A stretch of DNA of 54,439 nucleotides, taken from the NCBI GenBank assembly GCA_025463905.1, contig JAODBJ010000213.1:1-54439 (forward strand), written 5' to 3'. Every line of letters begins with the position of its first letter. Position 1 is the first letter of the stretch. This DNA is from Actinomycetes bacterium (GTDB taxonomy: Bacteria > Actinomycetota > Acidimicrobiia > IMCC26256 > PALSA-610). Position numbers and translations under genes: made by a program. This document shows positions 31,684 through 41,925 of the stretch, in pieces. The notes under the pieces were generated by a model, which made no database searches, had not been told where the DNA came from, and saw nothing but the letters and a program-made list of their open reading frames with translations.

Positions 31684-32796
31684 TCAGATCCCTCCAGAAG
31701 AGGTGGATTCCCCCATCGGGTTCGACGCTACCCGAGCGCCCGACAGCCGGGCCCCGGCCGCGACGTGGGCGTCGGCACCGATGAGCGTGAGGTCGCTCAG
31801 CACCGCGCCGGCACCCACTGATGCCGACGGCCCGACCACCGCGTCGGTCACGACGACGCCGTCGCCCAGCCGAGCATCCGCGAGCAGCACCGACCGTTCG
31901 ATACGGCAATCCCGCCCGACGTGCACGGCCGGCCCGATGACGCTTTGCGCGACGATCGACCCGGGCGCCAGCACCGATCCATCGCCGAGCAACGCCGGCC
32001 CTTCGACCGCGGCGCCGTCGAACACAGGATGACCCTGCACCCAGACGCCCGGCGCATGTTCCTTCGCCTCGGCGGTAGGCGGGAGTCCGACGTGTCCGGC
32101 GAGCACGTCGGCCTGCGCGTCGAGATACTTCTGTGGCGTGCCGATGTCGAGCCAGTACGTGTCGCTCTTGTAGCCGAACAGCGCGCCGTCGCTTTCCAAC
32201 ATCCGCGGAAAGGTCTCGCGCTCCACCGAAACGTTCAGGCGGGCCGGAATGCGATCCAGGAACCCCGGTTCGAGGATGTACGTACCGGCGTTGATCCATT
32301 TGGTCGGCGCGCGGTCGGCCGGCGGCTTCTCGACGAACGCGATGACGCGGCCGTCGTCGCGGGTTGGGACGACGCCGAACGCGCTCGGGTCCTCGACCTC
32401 GTAGAGCGAGATGGTGGCCTCGGCGCGCCGCGCGTCATGGAACGCGACCATCGCGGTGAGGTCGAGTGCGGTCAGCACGTCGCCGTTCCACACGACGAAG
32501 CGCTCGTCGATTCCATCGGCGGCGAATTTGATCGCGCCGGCCGTGCCGAGCGGTTCGTCTTCAACCTTGTAGTGGAGGCGCACGTCGTCGAACCGACCGT
32601 CGGGGAAGTGCTTCTCGAACGCGTCGGCCCGATAACCCAGCGACAACACGACCTCGTCGACGCCGTGCCTCGCGAGCCAGCGCAACTGGCGCTCGAGGAA
32701 CGCCTGGTTCGCGATCGGCAGCAGCGGCTTCGGCGTGGTCAGCGTCACCGGACGCAGCCGGGTGCCCTCACCACCGACGAGTACGACCGCTTTCAT
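31684..32796 (-). CDS. manC: Mannose-1-phosphate guanylyltransferase-like NDP-sugar synthase
   Basis: GGEGTRLRP.T...PKPL, EKP, WLDIGTP, C-terminal hexapeptide repeats. Confidence 0.8.
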   Translation of the reverse strand: MKAVVLVGGEGTRLRPVTLTTPKPLLPIANQAFLERQLRWLARHGVDEVVLSLGYRADAFEKHFPDGRFDDVRLHYKVEDEPLGTAGAIKFAADGIDERFVVWNGDVLTALDLTAMVAFHDARRAEATISLYEVEDPSAFGVVPTRDDGRVIAFVEKPPADRAPTKWINAGTYILEPGFLDRIPARLNVSVERETFPRMLESDGALFGYKSDTYWLDIGTPQKYLDAQADVLAGHVGLPPTAEAKEHAPGVWVQGHPVFDGAAVEGPALLGDGSVLAPGSIVAQSVIGPAVHVGRDCRIERSVLLADARLGDGVVVTDAVVGPSASVGAGAVLSDLTLIGADAHVAAGARLSGARVASNPMGESTSSGGI

Positions 32797-32803
32797 ACGC
32801 GGA

Positions 32804-33640
32804 TCACGGAACGGGACTGGAGCCGGCCGTCGTCGGCGGCGACGTGGTCGGGGCCGTAGAGCCCGGCACCGTCGTCGTCGCTCCCGCCACGGTCGTCGGC
32901 GGGGCTGTGGGCACGGTGGTCGGCGTGGTCGCGCCCGGCAGGGTGGACGAAGAACCCGTCGACGTGTTGGCCGGCGTGGTCGTGCTGACCCCGGCCTGAC
33001 CCTCTCTCGAGCCTGCGCCGGCGAGGTTCTTGACCGACGGCGGCTGGGCGATCGTCTTCATGTTGAAGTCTGCGGGCACGAACGCCACGACGATCGCGTC
33101 GCCGTCTTTGAGCTTGTACCTCGCGGGGTTGCCGGTTTGCACCTTGCCGTTGACTTCCCAGCGAACCTCGCCCGGCTTCGAGCCGCACTTGTCGCCGGCC
33201 TTCTTGTCCGCGCCGACGAAGTTGATTTCGGTGCTGCTCAGTTTCCAGCCACCGAACTTGAAGTAGGTGCCGAGCGTCGCGTTCTTGCCCATCTCGTCGG
33301 AGGTCGAGGGTTCGATGTGAATGATTCCGTCGGCGTGGCTGTGCAGCCCGGCGTAGGTCCCGTCGGGACGGGCCGGTGTGCCACTCGACGTCTGGCTCGG
33401 CCACACCCAGTTGGCGTCGCCCTGCCAGTGGTCGCAGAGATATACGCCGAGCGCCGCGTGCCAGTGGTCACCCGATTGCGGAGCCCCGGCGTTGGCGTTG
33501 GTGCCGCGGGACAGCACAATCGCGACCATCCCCAGGATGACGATCAGACCGGTGGCGGCGTACCAGAACGACGAGCCGCTGCGGGTGCGGCGCGCCCTGA
33601 CTGCGGCCGCGCGGCGACGGTTTCGAGAAGCTTTGCCCAC
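32804..33640 (-). CDS. Membrane-anchored extracytoplasmic protein with His cluster and Thr/Pro tail
   Basis: Basic N-terminus plus TM, DHWHAALG, GLHSHADGIIHIEP, TTVP-rich C-terminus. Confidence 0.75.
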   Translation of the reverse strand: MGKASRNRRRAAAVRARRTRSGSSFWYAATGLIVILGMVAIVLSRGTNANAGAPQSGDHWHAALGVYLCDHWQGDANWVWPSQTSSGTPARPDGTYAGLHSHADGIIHIEPSTSDEMGKNATLGTYFKFGGWKLSSTEINFVGADKKAGDKCGSKPGEVRWEVNGKVQTGNPARYKLKDGDAIVVAFVPADFNMKTIAQPPSVKNLAGAGSREGQAGVSTTTPANTSTGSSSTLPGATTPTTVPTAPPTTVAGATTTVPGSTAPTTSPPTTAGSSPVP

Positions 33641-33686
33641 GACCTACGAGGCTACCGCGCGGCCCGCAGCGGCCTGGCGCGCGGAC

Positions 33687-34598
33687 CTACGGCCGGCGGC
33701 GCCGAACGGCGTGCATTGCCATCGCCAAGAAGGCGCGACCGGCCAGGTAACCGGCCGCGAACGGGAGCAACACCCGGCGCCAACCGGTCATCCGTCGTTT
33801 CGTGAACCGGTAGGCCGAACGATGGTGCTCTGCGAGCATCCGGTACGGCACCCGTGCCGTACTCACGCCCTGCACGTGCAGCACCGCGCCGGCCGGTTCG
33901 TACACAACCGCCCAGCCCGCGCGCCGCAGCCGCCAGCAGAGGTCGAGGTCCTCCATATACATGAAGTAGCGCTCGTCCCACCCGCCGATGTCGTCGAGCG
34001 CGGCGCGGCGTAACCACATCGCTGCACCCGAGAGCCAGTCGACGGACCGGCTCGTGTCCGGGTCGGCGTCGAGTTGGCGGTAGCGGCGAGTGAAGCGGTT
34101 GCGGGGTCGGAACAAGCCGAGCGCGCTATGGCCGGCCGCGTCGACGAGTGACGGGATCGATCGAGCGGACGGATAGTCGGTGCCGTCCGGGTTGCGCACC
34201 CGCGGACCTACCGCGCCCAGTTGGGGGTCGGAGTCGAAACGGCCGAGCAACGCGGCCGCGGTCCCGGGCTCGACCTCGGTGTCGGAGTTCAGCACCGCGA
34301 CGACGGGCGCACGAGTCGCCGCGATACCGAGGTTGGCACCGCGTGCGTACCCGACGTTGCCGGGCGCGTGTACGACACGCACGTCCGGCAGATCCCGCGC
34401 GAGGTTGGCGATCGAGTCGTCGGTCGAACCGTTGTCGACCACGACGAGCTCGACGTCGCCCGCGCTCGTGTCGGCCAACACTGAACGAACACACCCGGCG
34501 AGCAACGGGCCGGCGTCGAAGTTGACGACGACCGCCGCCCACCGGGCCCGGTCTGCAGCCGGTAACGACGGTCGCGGCGCGGAATCGGGCGTCGTCAA
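33687..34598 (-). CDS. GT2 glycosyltransferase (WbbL-like)
   Basis: VDNGSTD, LNSD, DWLSGA, FMYMEDLDLC. Confidence 0.88.
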   Translation of the reverse strand: MTTPDSAPRPSLPAADRARWAAVVVNFDAGPLLAGCVRSVLADTSAGDVELVVVDNGSTDDSIANLARDLPDVRVVHAPGNVGYARGANLGIAATRAPVVAVLNSDTEVEPGTAAALLGRFDSDPQLGAVGPRVRNPDGTDYPSARSIPSLVDAAGHSALGLFRPRNRFTRRYRQLDADPDTSRSVDWLSGAAMWLRRAALDDIGGWDERYFMYMEDLDLCWRLRRAGWAVVYEPAGAVLHVQGVSTARVPYRMLAEHHRSAYRFTKRRMTGWRRVLLPFAAGYLAGRAFLAMAMHAVRRRRP

Positions 34599-35350
34599 TC
34601 CTTGAAGCGGTACTTCACGAGCGTCTTCAGCGCCGCGAACCCGTCACGCCAGGTGATCTTCTTGCCCTCGTCGAACTCGCGGCCCGTGTAGGAGATCGGC
34701 ACCTCGTAGATGCGGATCTTGCGCTTCAGGATCTTGGCCGTGATCTCGGGTTCGATGTCGAACTTGTCGGACCGCAGGTCGAGCTCGTCGATCAGCTTGC
34801 GGTCGATGAGCTTGTAACAGGTCTCCATGTCGGAGAGGGTCGTGTTGTAGAGCACGTTCGTGGTCAGCGACAGGAACCGGTTCCCCACCCAATGGAGGAA
34901 CAGCATGTTGCGCCGTTCACCGGTGAAGCGGGAGCCGTACACGACGCGTGCCCGGCCGCGGAGCACCGGATTCAGCAGCTTCGGCCAGTCGTCGGGGTCG
35001 TACTCGAGGTCGGCATCCTGCACGAGCACATAGTCGCCGACCGCGTGCTCGAAACCGGTGCGCACCGCAGCGCCCTTCCCCCGGTTCTGCGGGTGCATCA
35101 CGATGCGGACGGTGCTGTCGCCGAGTTGCTTCAGCACTTCTCGGGTGCCGTCGGTGCTTCCGTCGTCGATCACGATGATCTCGCGGTCGATGCCCTCGGG
35201 CAGTTCCACCTGGCGCATGCGGCGCAGGATCTCGACGAGCGTGTTGCGCTCGTTGAAGACCGGCACGATGACGGACAGCTTGCGGATCGCCGGCTCGTCG
35301 GGCCGGTCGCCCGGGTTGGTTCGGTCGGTTGTGTCGGTGCCGTCAGGCAC
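34595..35350 (-). CDS. GT2 DPM1-like polyprenol-phosphate glycosyltransferase
   Basis: [31 protein letters not shown]. Confidence 0.9.
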   Translation of the reverse strand: MPDGTDTTDRTNPGDRPDEPAIRKLSVIVPVFNERNTLVEILRRMRQVELPEGIDREIIVIDDGSTDGTREVLKQLGDSTVRIVMHPQNRGKGAAVRTGFEHAVGDYVLVQDADLEYDPDDWPKLLNPVLRGRARVVYGSRFTGERRNMLFLHWVGNRFLSLTTNVLYNTTLSDMETCYKLIDRKLIDELDLRSDKFDIEPEITAKILKRKIRIYEVPISYTGREFDEGKKITWRDGFAALKTLVKYRFKD

Positions 35351-36281
35351 GGGCGCGCTCCTCGAGGTACCACGAGTGGGTGCGGCGCAGACCCTCGCGC
35401 AGCGAGATCGTCGGTTCCCAGCCGAGCAACGTTCGCGCCCGCGTCAAGTCCGGTTTGCGGCGCGCAGGGTCGTCGGCAGGCAACGGCTCGAACACGATCT
35501 CGGATGATGAATCCGTGATCTCGATCACCACCTCGGCCAACTCGAGCATCGTGTACTCACCGTCGTTGCCGATGTTCACGGGATCGACGACATCGCTGTC
35601 GGCGAGCGCGAGGATCCCGCGCACTTCGTCGTCGACGTAGCAGAACGAACGGGTTTGTTTCCCGTCGCCGTAGATCGTGATGGGTTTGCCGTCCATCGCC
35701 TGCACCAGAAAGTTCGATACGACGCGTCCGTCGGCCGGGCGCAACCGCGGGCCGTAGGTGTTGAAGATGCGCACGATGCCGGTATTCAATCCGAAGAGAC
35801 GGTGGTACGTGATGGTGAGCGTTTCGGCGAAGCGTTTCGCTTCGTCGTACACGGCGCGCGGGCCCACCGGGTTCACGTTGCCGTTGTAGTCCTCGGGTTG
35901 CGGGTGCACGAGTGGGTCACCGTAGATCTCGCTCGTCGAGGCCAGCAGGAACCGTGCATCGTTCGCGCGCGCAAGGTCGAGTGCGTTCCGAGTGCCGAGC
36001 GAACCTACATCGAGTGTCTCGAGGGGCAGCGCGAGGTATTCAGGCGGGCTCGCCGGGCTCGCGAAGTGAAGTACGAGATCGACTGGCGGCTCGACGGTGA
36101 TCGCCTTCGACACGTCGGCGCGCACGAAGGTGAAACCCGGGTCGGTTTCGAGCTCGGCGATGTTCTCGTACCGGCCGGTGACGAGGTTGTCGACCGCGAC
36201 GACGTCGTCGCCCCGCTCGCGCAGGGCGCGGCACAGGTGCGACCCGACGAAACCCGCGCCGCCGGTGACGATGACTCTCAT
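35343..36281 (-). CDS. UDP-glucuronate decarboxylase (UDP-xylose synthase) family
   Basis: [44 protein letters not shown]. Confidence 0.85.
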   Translation of the reverse strand: MRVIVTGGAGFVGSHLCRALRERGDDVVAVDNLVTGRYENIAELETDPGFTFVRADVSKAITVEPPVDLVLHFASPASPPEYLALPLETLDVGSLGTRNALDLARANDARFLLASTSEIYGDPLVHPQPEDYNGNVNPVGPRAVYDEAKRFAETLTITYHRLFGLNTGIVRIFNTYGPRLRPADGRVVSNFLVQAMDGKPITIYGDGKQTRSFCYVDDEVRGILALADSDVVDPVNIGNDGEYTMLELAEVVIEITDSSSEIVFEPLPADDPARRKPDLTRARTLLGWEPTISLREGLRRTHSWYLEERARA

Positions 36282-36300
36282 CCGTTGCGCACCCGGTGTC

Positions 36301-37596
36301 TCACCGACGGCCGACGCCGTCGTACACGAACCCGCGCCGCCGCATTGCGGACGGGTCGAGAAGATTGCGCGCGTCGACGATCGCCGGGTGCCGCATGGCT
36401 TCGCGGACACGGTTGAAGTCGAGCCAGCGGAACTCATCCCACTCAGTGAGCAGCGCGACAACGTCGGCACCCGCCGCGGCGTCGTAGGGATCCGCGTGCA
36501 CGTCGAGCCCGGGCATGCGGATCGCCGCCTGCTCACCGGCAATCGGGTCGTACGCACGCACGGTTGCTCCTGCTTCGAGCAACCGGCTCGCGATCACGAG
36601 CGCCGGGGAGTCGCGGAGATCGTCGGTGTCCGCTTTGAACGTGAGACCCCATACCGCCACGACGGCATCGGAGAGCTCCCGGCCACTCGCGACGCGCACC
36701 TTGTCGACCATGCGTTCGTGCTGTTGCCGGTTGACATCGACAACGCCATGCAACACGTCGAAGTTGTAGCCCGCCTTCAGCGAGGTATGCAGCAACGCGG
36801 CCGTGTCCTTGGGGAAGCACGAACCGCCGTACCCGGGACCGGGGCGCAGGAATTCGAACCCGATGCGCTTGTCGTAGCCCATGCCGAGGGCCACTTCACG
36901 CACGTCGGCGTCGACCGCTTCGCAGAGGTTGGCGATCGCGTTGATGAACGACACCTTGGTCGCGAGGAACGCGTTCGACGCGTATTTGATCATCTCGGCC
37001 GACGCGGGGTCGGTGACAAGGAGCGGCGCATGAATGCCGCGGTACAGCTCCGACACGCGAACTGCCGCGCCGGGGTCTTCGCAGCCGATCACGATCCGGT
37101 CGGGTTCGAGGAAGTCGCGTACGGCCTGCCCTTCGCGCAGGAACTCGGGGTTCGAGGCCACCGTGACATGGTCGGTCGACGCCCCCGCCTCCGACATCAC
37201 TCGCTGCACGTAGCGGGTGGAACCGACCGGCACCGTCGACTTGTTCACCACGACGGTGCCCGGCGCCAGCACCGGCGCGATCTCGCGGGCGACGTTTTCG
37301 ACGTATGTGAGATCGGCGGCGCCGTCTTCTCCCTGTGGTGTCTGCACGCAGAGGAACACGATCTCGGCTCCGCGCGCCGCGTTGGCCGCGCCGACCACGA
37401 ACGACAGCCGGCGGTTCGTAAGCCCGTCGTTGACGAGGGCGGCCAGCCCCTCTTCGTGGATCGGGATCTCACCCTTCGACAACCGGGCGACCCGCTCGGC
37501 GTCGATGTCGGCGCAGGTCACGTTGTGGCCGAGGTGGGCGAGGCATGCGCCCGTAGTCAGGCCGACGTAACCGGCGCCGATGATCGCGACCTTCAC
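36301..37596 (-). CDS. ugd: UDP-glucose 6-dehydrogenase
   Basis: [31 protein letters not shown]. Confidence 0.93.
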   Translation of the reverse strand: MKVAIIGAGYVGLTTGACLAHLGHNVTCADIDAERVARLSKGEIPIHEEGLAALVNDGLTNRRLSFVVGAANAARGAEIVFLCVQTPQGEDGAADLTYVENVAREIAPVLAPGTVVVNKSTVPVGSTRYVQRVMSEAGASTDHVTVASNPEFLREGQAVRDFLEPDRIVIGCEDPGAAVRVSELYRGIHAPLLVTDPASAEMIKYASNAFLATKVSFINAIANLCEAVDADVREVALGMGYDKRIGFEFLRPGPGYGGSCFPKDTAALLHTSLKAGYNFDVLHGVVDVNRQQHERMVDKVRVASGRELSDAVVAVWGLTFKADTDDLRDSPALVIASRLLEAGATVRAYDPIAGEQAAIRMPGLDVHADPYDAAAGADVVALLTEWDEFRWLDFNRVREAMRHPAIVDARNLLDPSAMRRRGFVYDGVGRR

Positions 37597-37715
37597 AGAC
37601 CGCGAACCGGCTCAGGCGCGTTCGTCGGACGCGCGCGCTGCGGGGACATGAGCCGAAATGTTACGTGCAGGAGGGGTGCGCAGGCAGCCTCGAGCGTGCG
37701 GCGCCCGACGGCGGG

Positions 37716-39164
37716 TCAGCAGCCCACCAGCGGTTGGACCTTTGTCCCTGCCACCTGGCCGGGGTTCGCCCGCGGTCCGGTGGCCGGCACAGTGGCGGTC
37801 GTGACCTGCGGCGTGGTGCTCGGCGGCACGGTCGTGGGTGTGCTGACCTGCTGGAAGTCACGGCCGAGAACGACCGTCACATCCGACCCGACGACGTTGC
37901 CGCCCGCCACCAGGTTGCCGGTGCCGAGGTAGGCCGCCACCAGCTGGGCTTTATGGAGGGCGCCGGTCGCGTAGCGCACTTCGGTGGTCGCGTAGTCGGA
38001 CCGATCGGCGTCGGCGGGCGGCGTGAGCGGCTGGAATCCGGCCGCCCCGAGCGCGGTCAGTGTGGTCGCGGCCTTGCCGCGGACGCCCGAACCATTGAGG
38101 ACCTTCACGGTCACCTGGTTCGGCACGACGTCCTTCGGCACGGTGGCTGTCGTCGACTTCGGGCTGGTGAACGAGCGCAGCTGTTGCAACACCGGCTCGG
38201 CCTTCGCGGGGTCGAGCGACAGTGTCGCGTTGTCGCTGTTCACCGTCGTGGGGATCGTCATCATTTTCACGACAGCCGGATCGGCGTTGCGCAGCGTGGC
38301 CGCGAGGCCGCTCATGTCGGAGAGCGCAAGGCCCTTGTCGCGGGTGAGACTCGCGAACGCCTTGTCGAGGATGTTGTTGGCCTTGAGCGGCTGATGCGCG
38401 GCGGTGGTGATGGCGACCTGCGCGAGCGAACGGATGAAGTACTGCTGGCGTTGGATGCGCCCGAGGTCGGAGAAGGGATCCTCGTGCCACGAGTCCGCGG
38501 TGCTGTTCTTGTACTGGTAGTGGCGCGACCGCACGTACGCGAGCGCGTCGGCGCCGTTCAGGTGGTAGCAGCCGGGCAAGAGGATCTGCAGCCCGGTGTA
38601 GGTGTCACGTGCCGGTGTCGTGAAATAGATCGGCACGCTTCCCACCGCGTTCACCAGGTCTTGGAATCCCGCGAAGTCGACCTCGAGGTAGTGGTGAATA
38701 GGGATGTTGAAGTTCTGTTTGAGCGTCTCGATGATGCGCTGCGGCCCGTAGTTGAAGGCGGCGTTGATGCGCGATCGCCCGAGACCAGGAATATCCACCA
38801 TGAGGTCGCGGGGAAACGACACCACCATCCCGGTATTCGTGCGCGGGTCGATGTGGGCGATCATGATCGTGTCGGAACGCTGACCGGTCTCGACGTTCGG
38901 ACTCCCGAAGTGCTGTTGATCGCTGGCGCTCTTCGCGAACGCGCGCGTGTCGGAACCGATGATCAAGAAGTTCGCGGGCTTGCCCTTTTGCGTCTTCGAG
39001 AACGCGTCAGGCGAGATAGGCGCGACGGTGACGGCATTCCATTTGTCGTTGGCGAACCAGTACGCGCCCGCGATACCGCCGGCGCTCAGCGAGACGCACA
39101 AGACAAGCGCGACGACGAACCGGCTCCAGAAGGCGTGCATCGAGGCAGGAAACGAAGGAGTCAT
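37716..39164 (-). CDS. LCP family glycopolymer transferase with LytR C-terminal domain (paralog 1)
   Basis: GSDTR, RSDTIM, SFPRD, YVRSR, DLGRIQRQQ; VLNGSG LytR_C. Confidence 0.9.
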   Translation of the reverse strand: MTPSFPASMHAFWSRFVVALVLCVSLSAGGIAGAYWFANDKWNAVTVAPISPDAFSKTQKGKPANFLIIGSDTRAFAKSASDQQHFGSPNVETGQRSDTIMIAHIDPRTNTGMVVSFPRDLMVDIPGLGRSRINAAFNYGPQRIIETLKQNFNIPIHHYLEVDFAGFQDLVNAVGSVPIYFTTPARDTYTGLQILLPGCYHLNGADALAYVRSRHYQYKNSTADSWHEDPFSDLGRIQRQQYFIRSLAQVAITTAAHQPLKANNILDKAFASLTRDKGLALSDMSGLAATLRNADPAVVKMMTIPTTVNSDNATLSLDPAKAEPVLQQLRSFTSPKSTTATVPKDVVPNQVTVKVLNGSGVRGKAATTLTALGAAGFQPLTPPADADRSDYATTEVRYATGALHKAQLVAAYLGTGNLVAGGNVVGSDVTVVLGRDFQQVSTPTTVPPSTTPQVTTATVPATGPRANPGQVAGTKVQPLVGC

Positions 39165-39179
39165 GGCGAGAGTTCCCGG

Positions 39180-40634
39180 TCAGCAACCCACAACGGGTTG
39201 GGTCTTGGCCCCGGGCGTGCGCCCCGGGTTGGCGGCCTGCCCGGTGGTGGTCGTGGAACTCCCGTTGGCAGTCACGGTCGTCGGTGGAGATGTCGGGGGC
39301 AGCGTGGTGGGCACCGTCACGCGCTTGAAGTCCGCGCCGAGCACGACCGTGACGTCGGCGCCGGCGACGCTCTTGCCCGCGACGAGCTTTCCGGCACCGA
39401 GATACGCGGCAACCAGTTGCGCCTTGTGCAGCGCGCCACGCACGTAGCGCACTTCGGTGGCTTGGTAGTCGGAGCGGTCGGCGTTCGCCTGCGGGTCGAC
39501 GCGGTGGAAGCCCGAGATCTGCAAGGCGTCCATCGTCGACTTGGCCGCGCCTTGAACCCCGGAGCCGTTGAGCACCTTGACGGTCACCTGGTTCGGCACG
39601 ACGTCTTTCGGTACCGGCAGCGGCTTTGCCTTCGGCCCGATCGAGCGGAGCTGCTCGAACACGGGCGCCGCGCCGGCCTGGTCGACCAGCAGCACGTCCT
39701 GACCCTGGATGTGGTCGGGTGTCGACGGCACGGTCAGCATCTGAACCGACGCGGGGTCGGTCGAACGAAACGCGACGGCGAGCGCACGCATGTCGGAGAG
39801 GCCGAGGTTCCGGTCCCTGGTGAGCGGAGCAAACACCTTGTTGAGGACGTTGTCGGCGTTGAGCGGGTGCTTGGCGGCGGAGTTGATCGCGACCTGTGCG
39901 AGTGAACGAATGAAGTACTGCTGCCGGCGAATCCGACCGAGGTCGAACGTCGGGTCCTTTTTCCAGTTGCCCTTCGCGGTCTCTTTGTACTCGTACTCGC
40001 GCGAGCGCACGTACGCGACCGCGTCGTCGCCGTTGAAGTGATAGCAACCCGGCAAGAGGATCTGCAGCCCGGTCGCTTCGTCGCGCGCGGGGGTCGGGAA
40101 GTAGATCGGGACAGTGCCGATCGCGTTCACCAGGTTGCGGAACCCGGCGATGTCGACTTCGAGGTAGTGGTGGATCGGGATATCGAAGTTCGACGAGATG
40201 GTTTGGATCACCTTCGCCGGCCCGTCGTTGAACGCGGCGTTCATCTTCTTCATCCCGCGGCCGGGGACGTTCACCCACAGGTCGCGCGGGAACGACACGA
40301 GCATCGTCCGCTGCGTCGCCGGGTCCACGTGGGCGATCATGATCGTGTCGGATCGAGGCGGACCTTGGGAGCCACCGAAGCGCGCGACGTCTTGCGGACT
40401 CGTGAGATCGGAACGGGTGTCCGAACCGATGATCAGATAGTTCGCAGGTTTGCCGCGTTCAGGGCTCGCGAACACACCTGCCGGGATGGGCGCGACATGC
40501 ACCTTGTCCCACTTGCTGTTCGCGAACCAGTAGGCCGCGCCGATGCCGCTCGAGGTGAACACGACGCAGCACGTGAACGCGACGGCGAAGCGCCCGAGGA
40601 AACGACGAGTAGCGGAATCGCGACGCCGGGGCAC
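39180..40634 (-). CDS. LCP family glycopolymer transferase with LytR C-terminal domain (paralog 2)
   Basis: Same motifs and architecture as the adjacent paralog. Confidence 0.9.
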   Translation of the reverse strand: MPRRRDSATRRFLGRFAVAFTCCVVFTSSGIGAAYWFANSKWDKVHVAPIPAGVFASPERGKPANYLIIGSDTRSDLTSPQDVARFGGSQGPPRSDTIMIAHVDPATQRTMLVSFPRDLWVNVPGRGMKKMNAAFNDGPAKVIQTISSNFDIPIHHYLEVDIAGFRNLVNAIGTVPIYFPTPARDEATGLQILLPGCYHFNGDDAVAYVRSREYEYKETAKGNWKKDPTFDLGRIRRQQYFIRSLAQVAINSAAKHPLNADNVLNKVFAPLTRDRNLGLSDMRALAVAFRSTDPASVQMLTVPSTPDHIQGQDVLLVDQAGAAPVFEQLRSIGPKAKPLPVPKDVVPNQVTVKVLNGSGVQGAAKSTMDALQISGFHRVDPQANADRSDYQATEVRYVRGALHKAQLVAAYLGAGKLVAGKSVAGADVTVVLGADFKRVTVPTTLPPTSPPTTVTANGSSTTTTGQAANPGRTPGAKTQPVVGC

Positions 40635-40694
40635 GGTAAATCGAGCGTAGTGCCCCGATGTGCTGATTTCGTCGCGCTTCGGCGGCGGTCCTTG

Positions 40695-41843
40695 CTACTC
40701 GACGGGTAGACCGAGATCGCGTGAGAGCACGACGCGCTGGATCTCGCTCGTGCCTTCGCCGATCTCGAGGATCTTCGCGTCGCGATAGAAGCGACTCACG
40801 GGCGAGTCGTCCATGTATCCATAGCCGCCGAAGATCTGCACTGCATCGCGCGTCGCGCTGACGGCGATCTCGCTCGAGTACAACTTCGCCATCGCCGCGG
40901 CCCGACGGATCGGTCGACCCTGGTCGCGCAGCCACGCGGCTTTGTATACGAGGTTGCGCGCGTTTTCGATCGCGAGAGCCATGTCGGCGCACTTGAACGC
41001 GATCGACTGGTACCGACCGATCGGGCCGCCGAACGCCTGGCGTGTCTTCGCGTGCTCGACCGACGCGTCGAGGCATGCCTGCGCGAGTCCGACGGCAAGC
41101 GCGGCAATCGCGATGCGGCCGTCGTCGAGAATTCGTAAGAAGCCGGAGAAGCCCGCGCCCCGCTCCCCCAGCAGGTGCTCTTCGGGAACGCGACAGCCCG
41201 AGAACGACAGCTCGTGCGTGTCGCTCGCGTGCCAGCCCATCTTGCGGTACGGCGGAAGCACCTCGAAACCCGGCGTACCGGAGTCCACGATGATGTTGGA
41301 GATCTCTTCCGCACCGGTACGCGCGGTGATCGTCACGCATTTGGTGATGGGTGTGCCGGAATTGGTGATGAACGTCTTCTGCCCGTCGATCACCCATTCG
41401 CGTGCGTCGTCATCGAACTGCGCGCGCGTGCGGGTCGCGCCCGCGTCAGAGCCGGCCTCGGCTTCTGTGAGGCCGAACGCGCCGAGCACTTCGCCGGCGA
41501 TCATCGGCACGAGGTACTCGTGCTTCTGCGCTTCGGTGCCCGCGTAGTGGAACGGCGCTGCGCCCAGACTCACGCCCGCTTCGAGTGTGATCGCCATCGA
41601 CGAATCGATGCGCGCGAGTTCTTCGATCGCGATGCAATACGTGAGGTAGTCGGCGCCGGTACCGCCGTATTCGGGCGGAAAGCAGAGGCCGAAGAGGCCC
41701 AGCTTGCCCATCTTGCGCACAGTGTCGACCGGGAACGTGTGCTCGCGGTCCCATTGCTCCGCGTACGGCGCGATCTCGCCCTCGGCGAAGTCGCGCACGA
41801 CCTTGCGGAACTGTTCCTGCTCCGACGAGAGGTCGTGATCCAC
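40695..41843 (-). CDS. Acyl-CoA dehydrogenase
   Basis: FGLTE.EAGSDA, QIFGGYG, IGEGTSEIQR. Confidence 0.95.
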   Translation of the reverse strand: MDHDLSSEQEQFRKVVRDFAEGEIAPYAEQWDREHTFPVDTVRKMGKLGLFGLCFPPEYGGTGADYLTYCIAIEELARIDSSMAITLEAGVSLGAAPFHYAGTEAQKHEYLVPMIAGEVLGAFGLTEAEAGSDAGATRTRAQFDDDAREWVIDGQKTFITNSGTPITKCVTITARTGAEEISNIIVDSGTPGFEVLPPYRKMGWHASDTHELSFSGCRVPEEHLLGERGAGFSGFLRILDDGRIAIAALAVGLAQACLDASVEHAKTRQAFGGPIGRYQSIAFKCADMALAIENARNLVYKAAWLRDQGRPIRRAAAMAKLYSSEIAVSATRDAVQIFGGYGYMDDSPVSRFYRDAKILEIGEGTSEIQRVVLSRDLGLPVE

Positions 41844-41925
41844 GCAGGCACGCTAGCTCCGGGGGGTTAGAAGGTTGCCAGGTTGTGGAAGACCGTGGTA
41901 CCAACCGCAACACACGGATGGAGCG

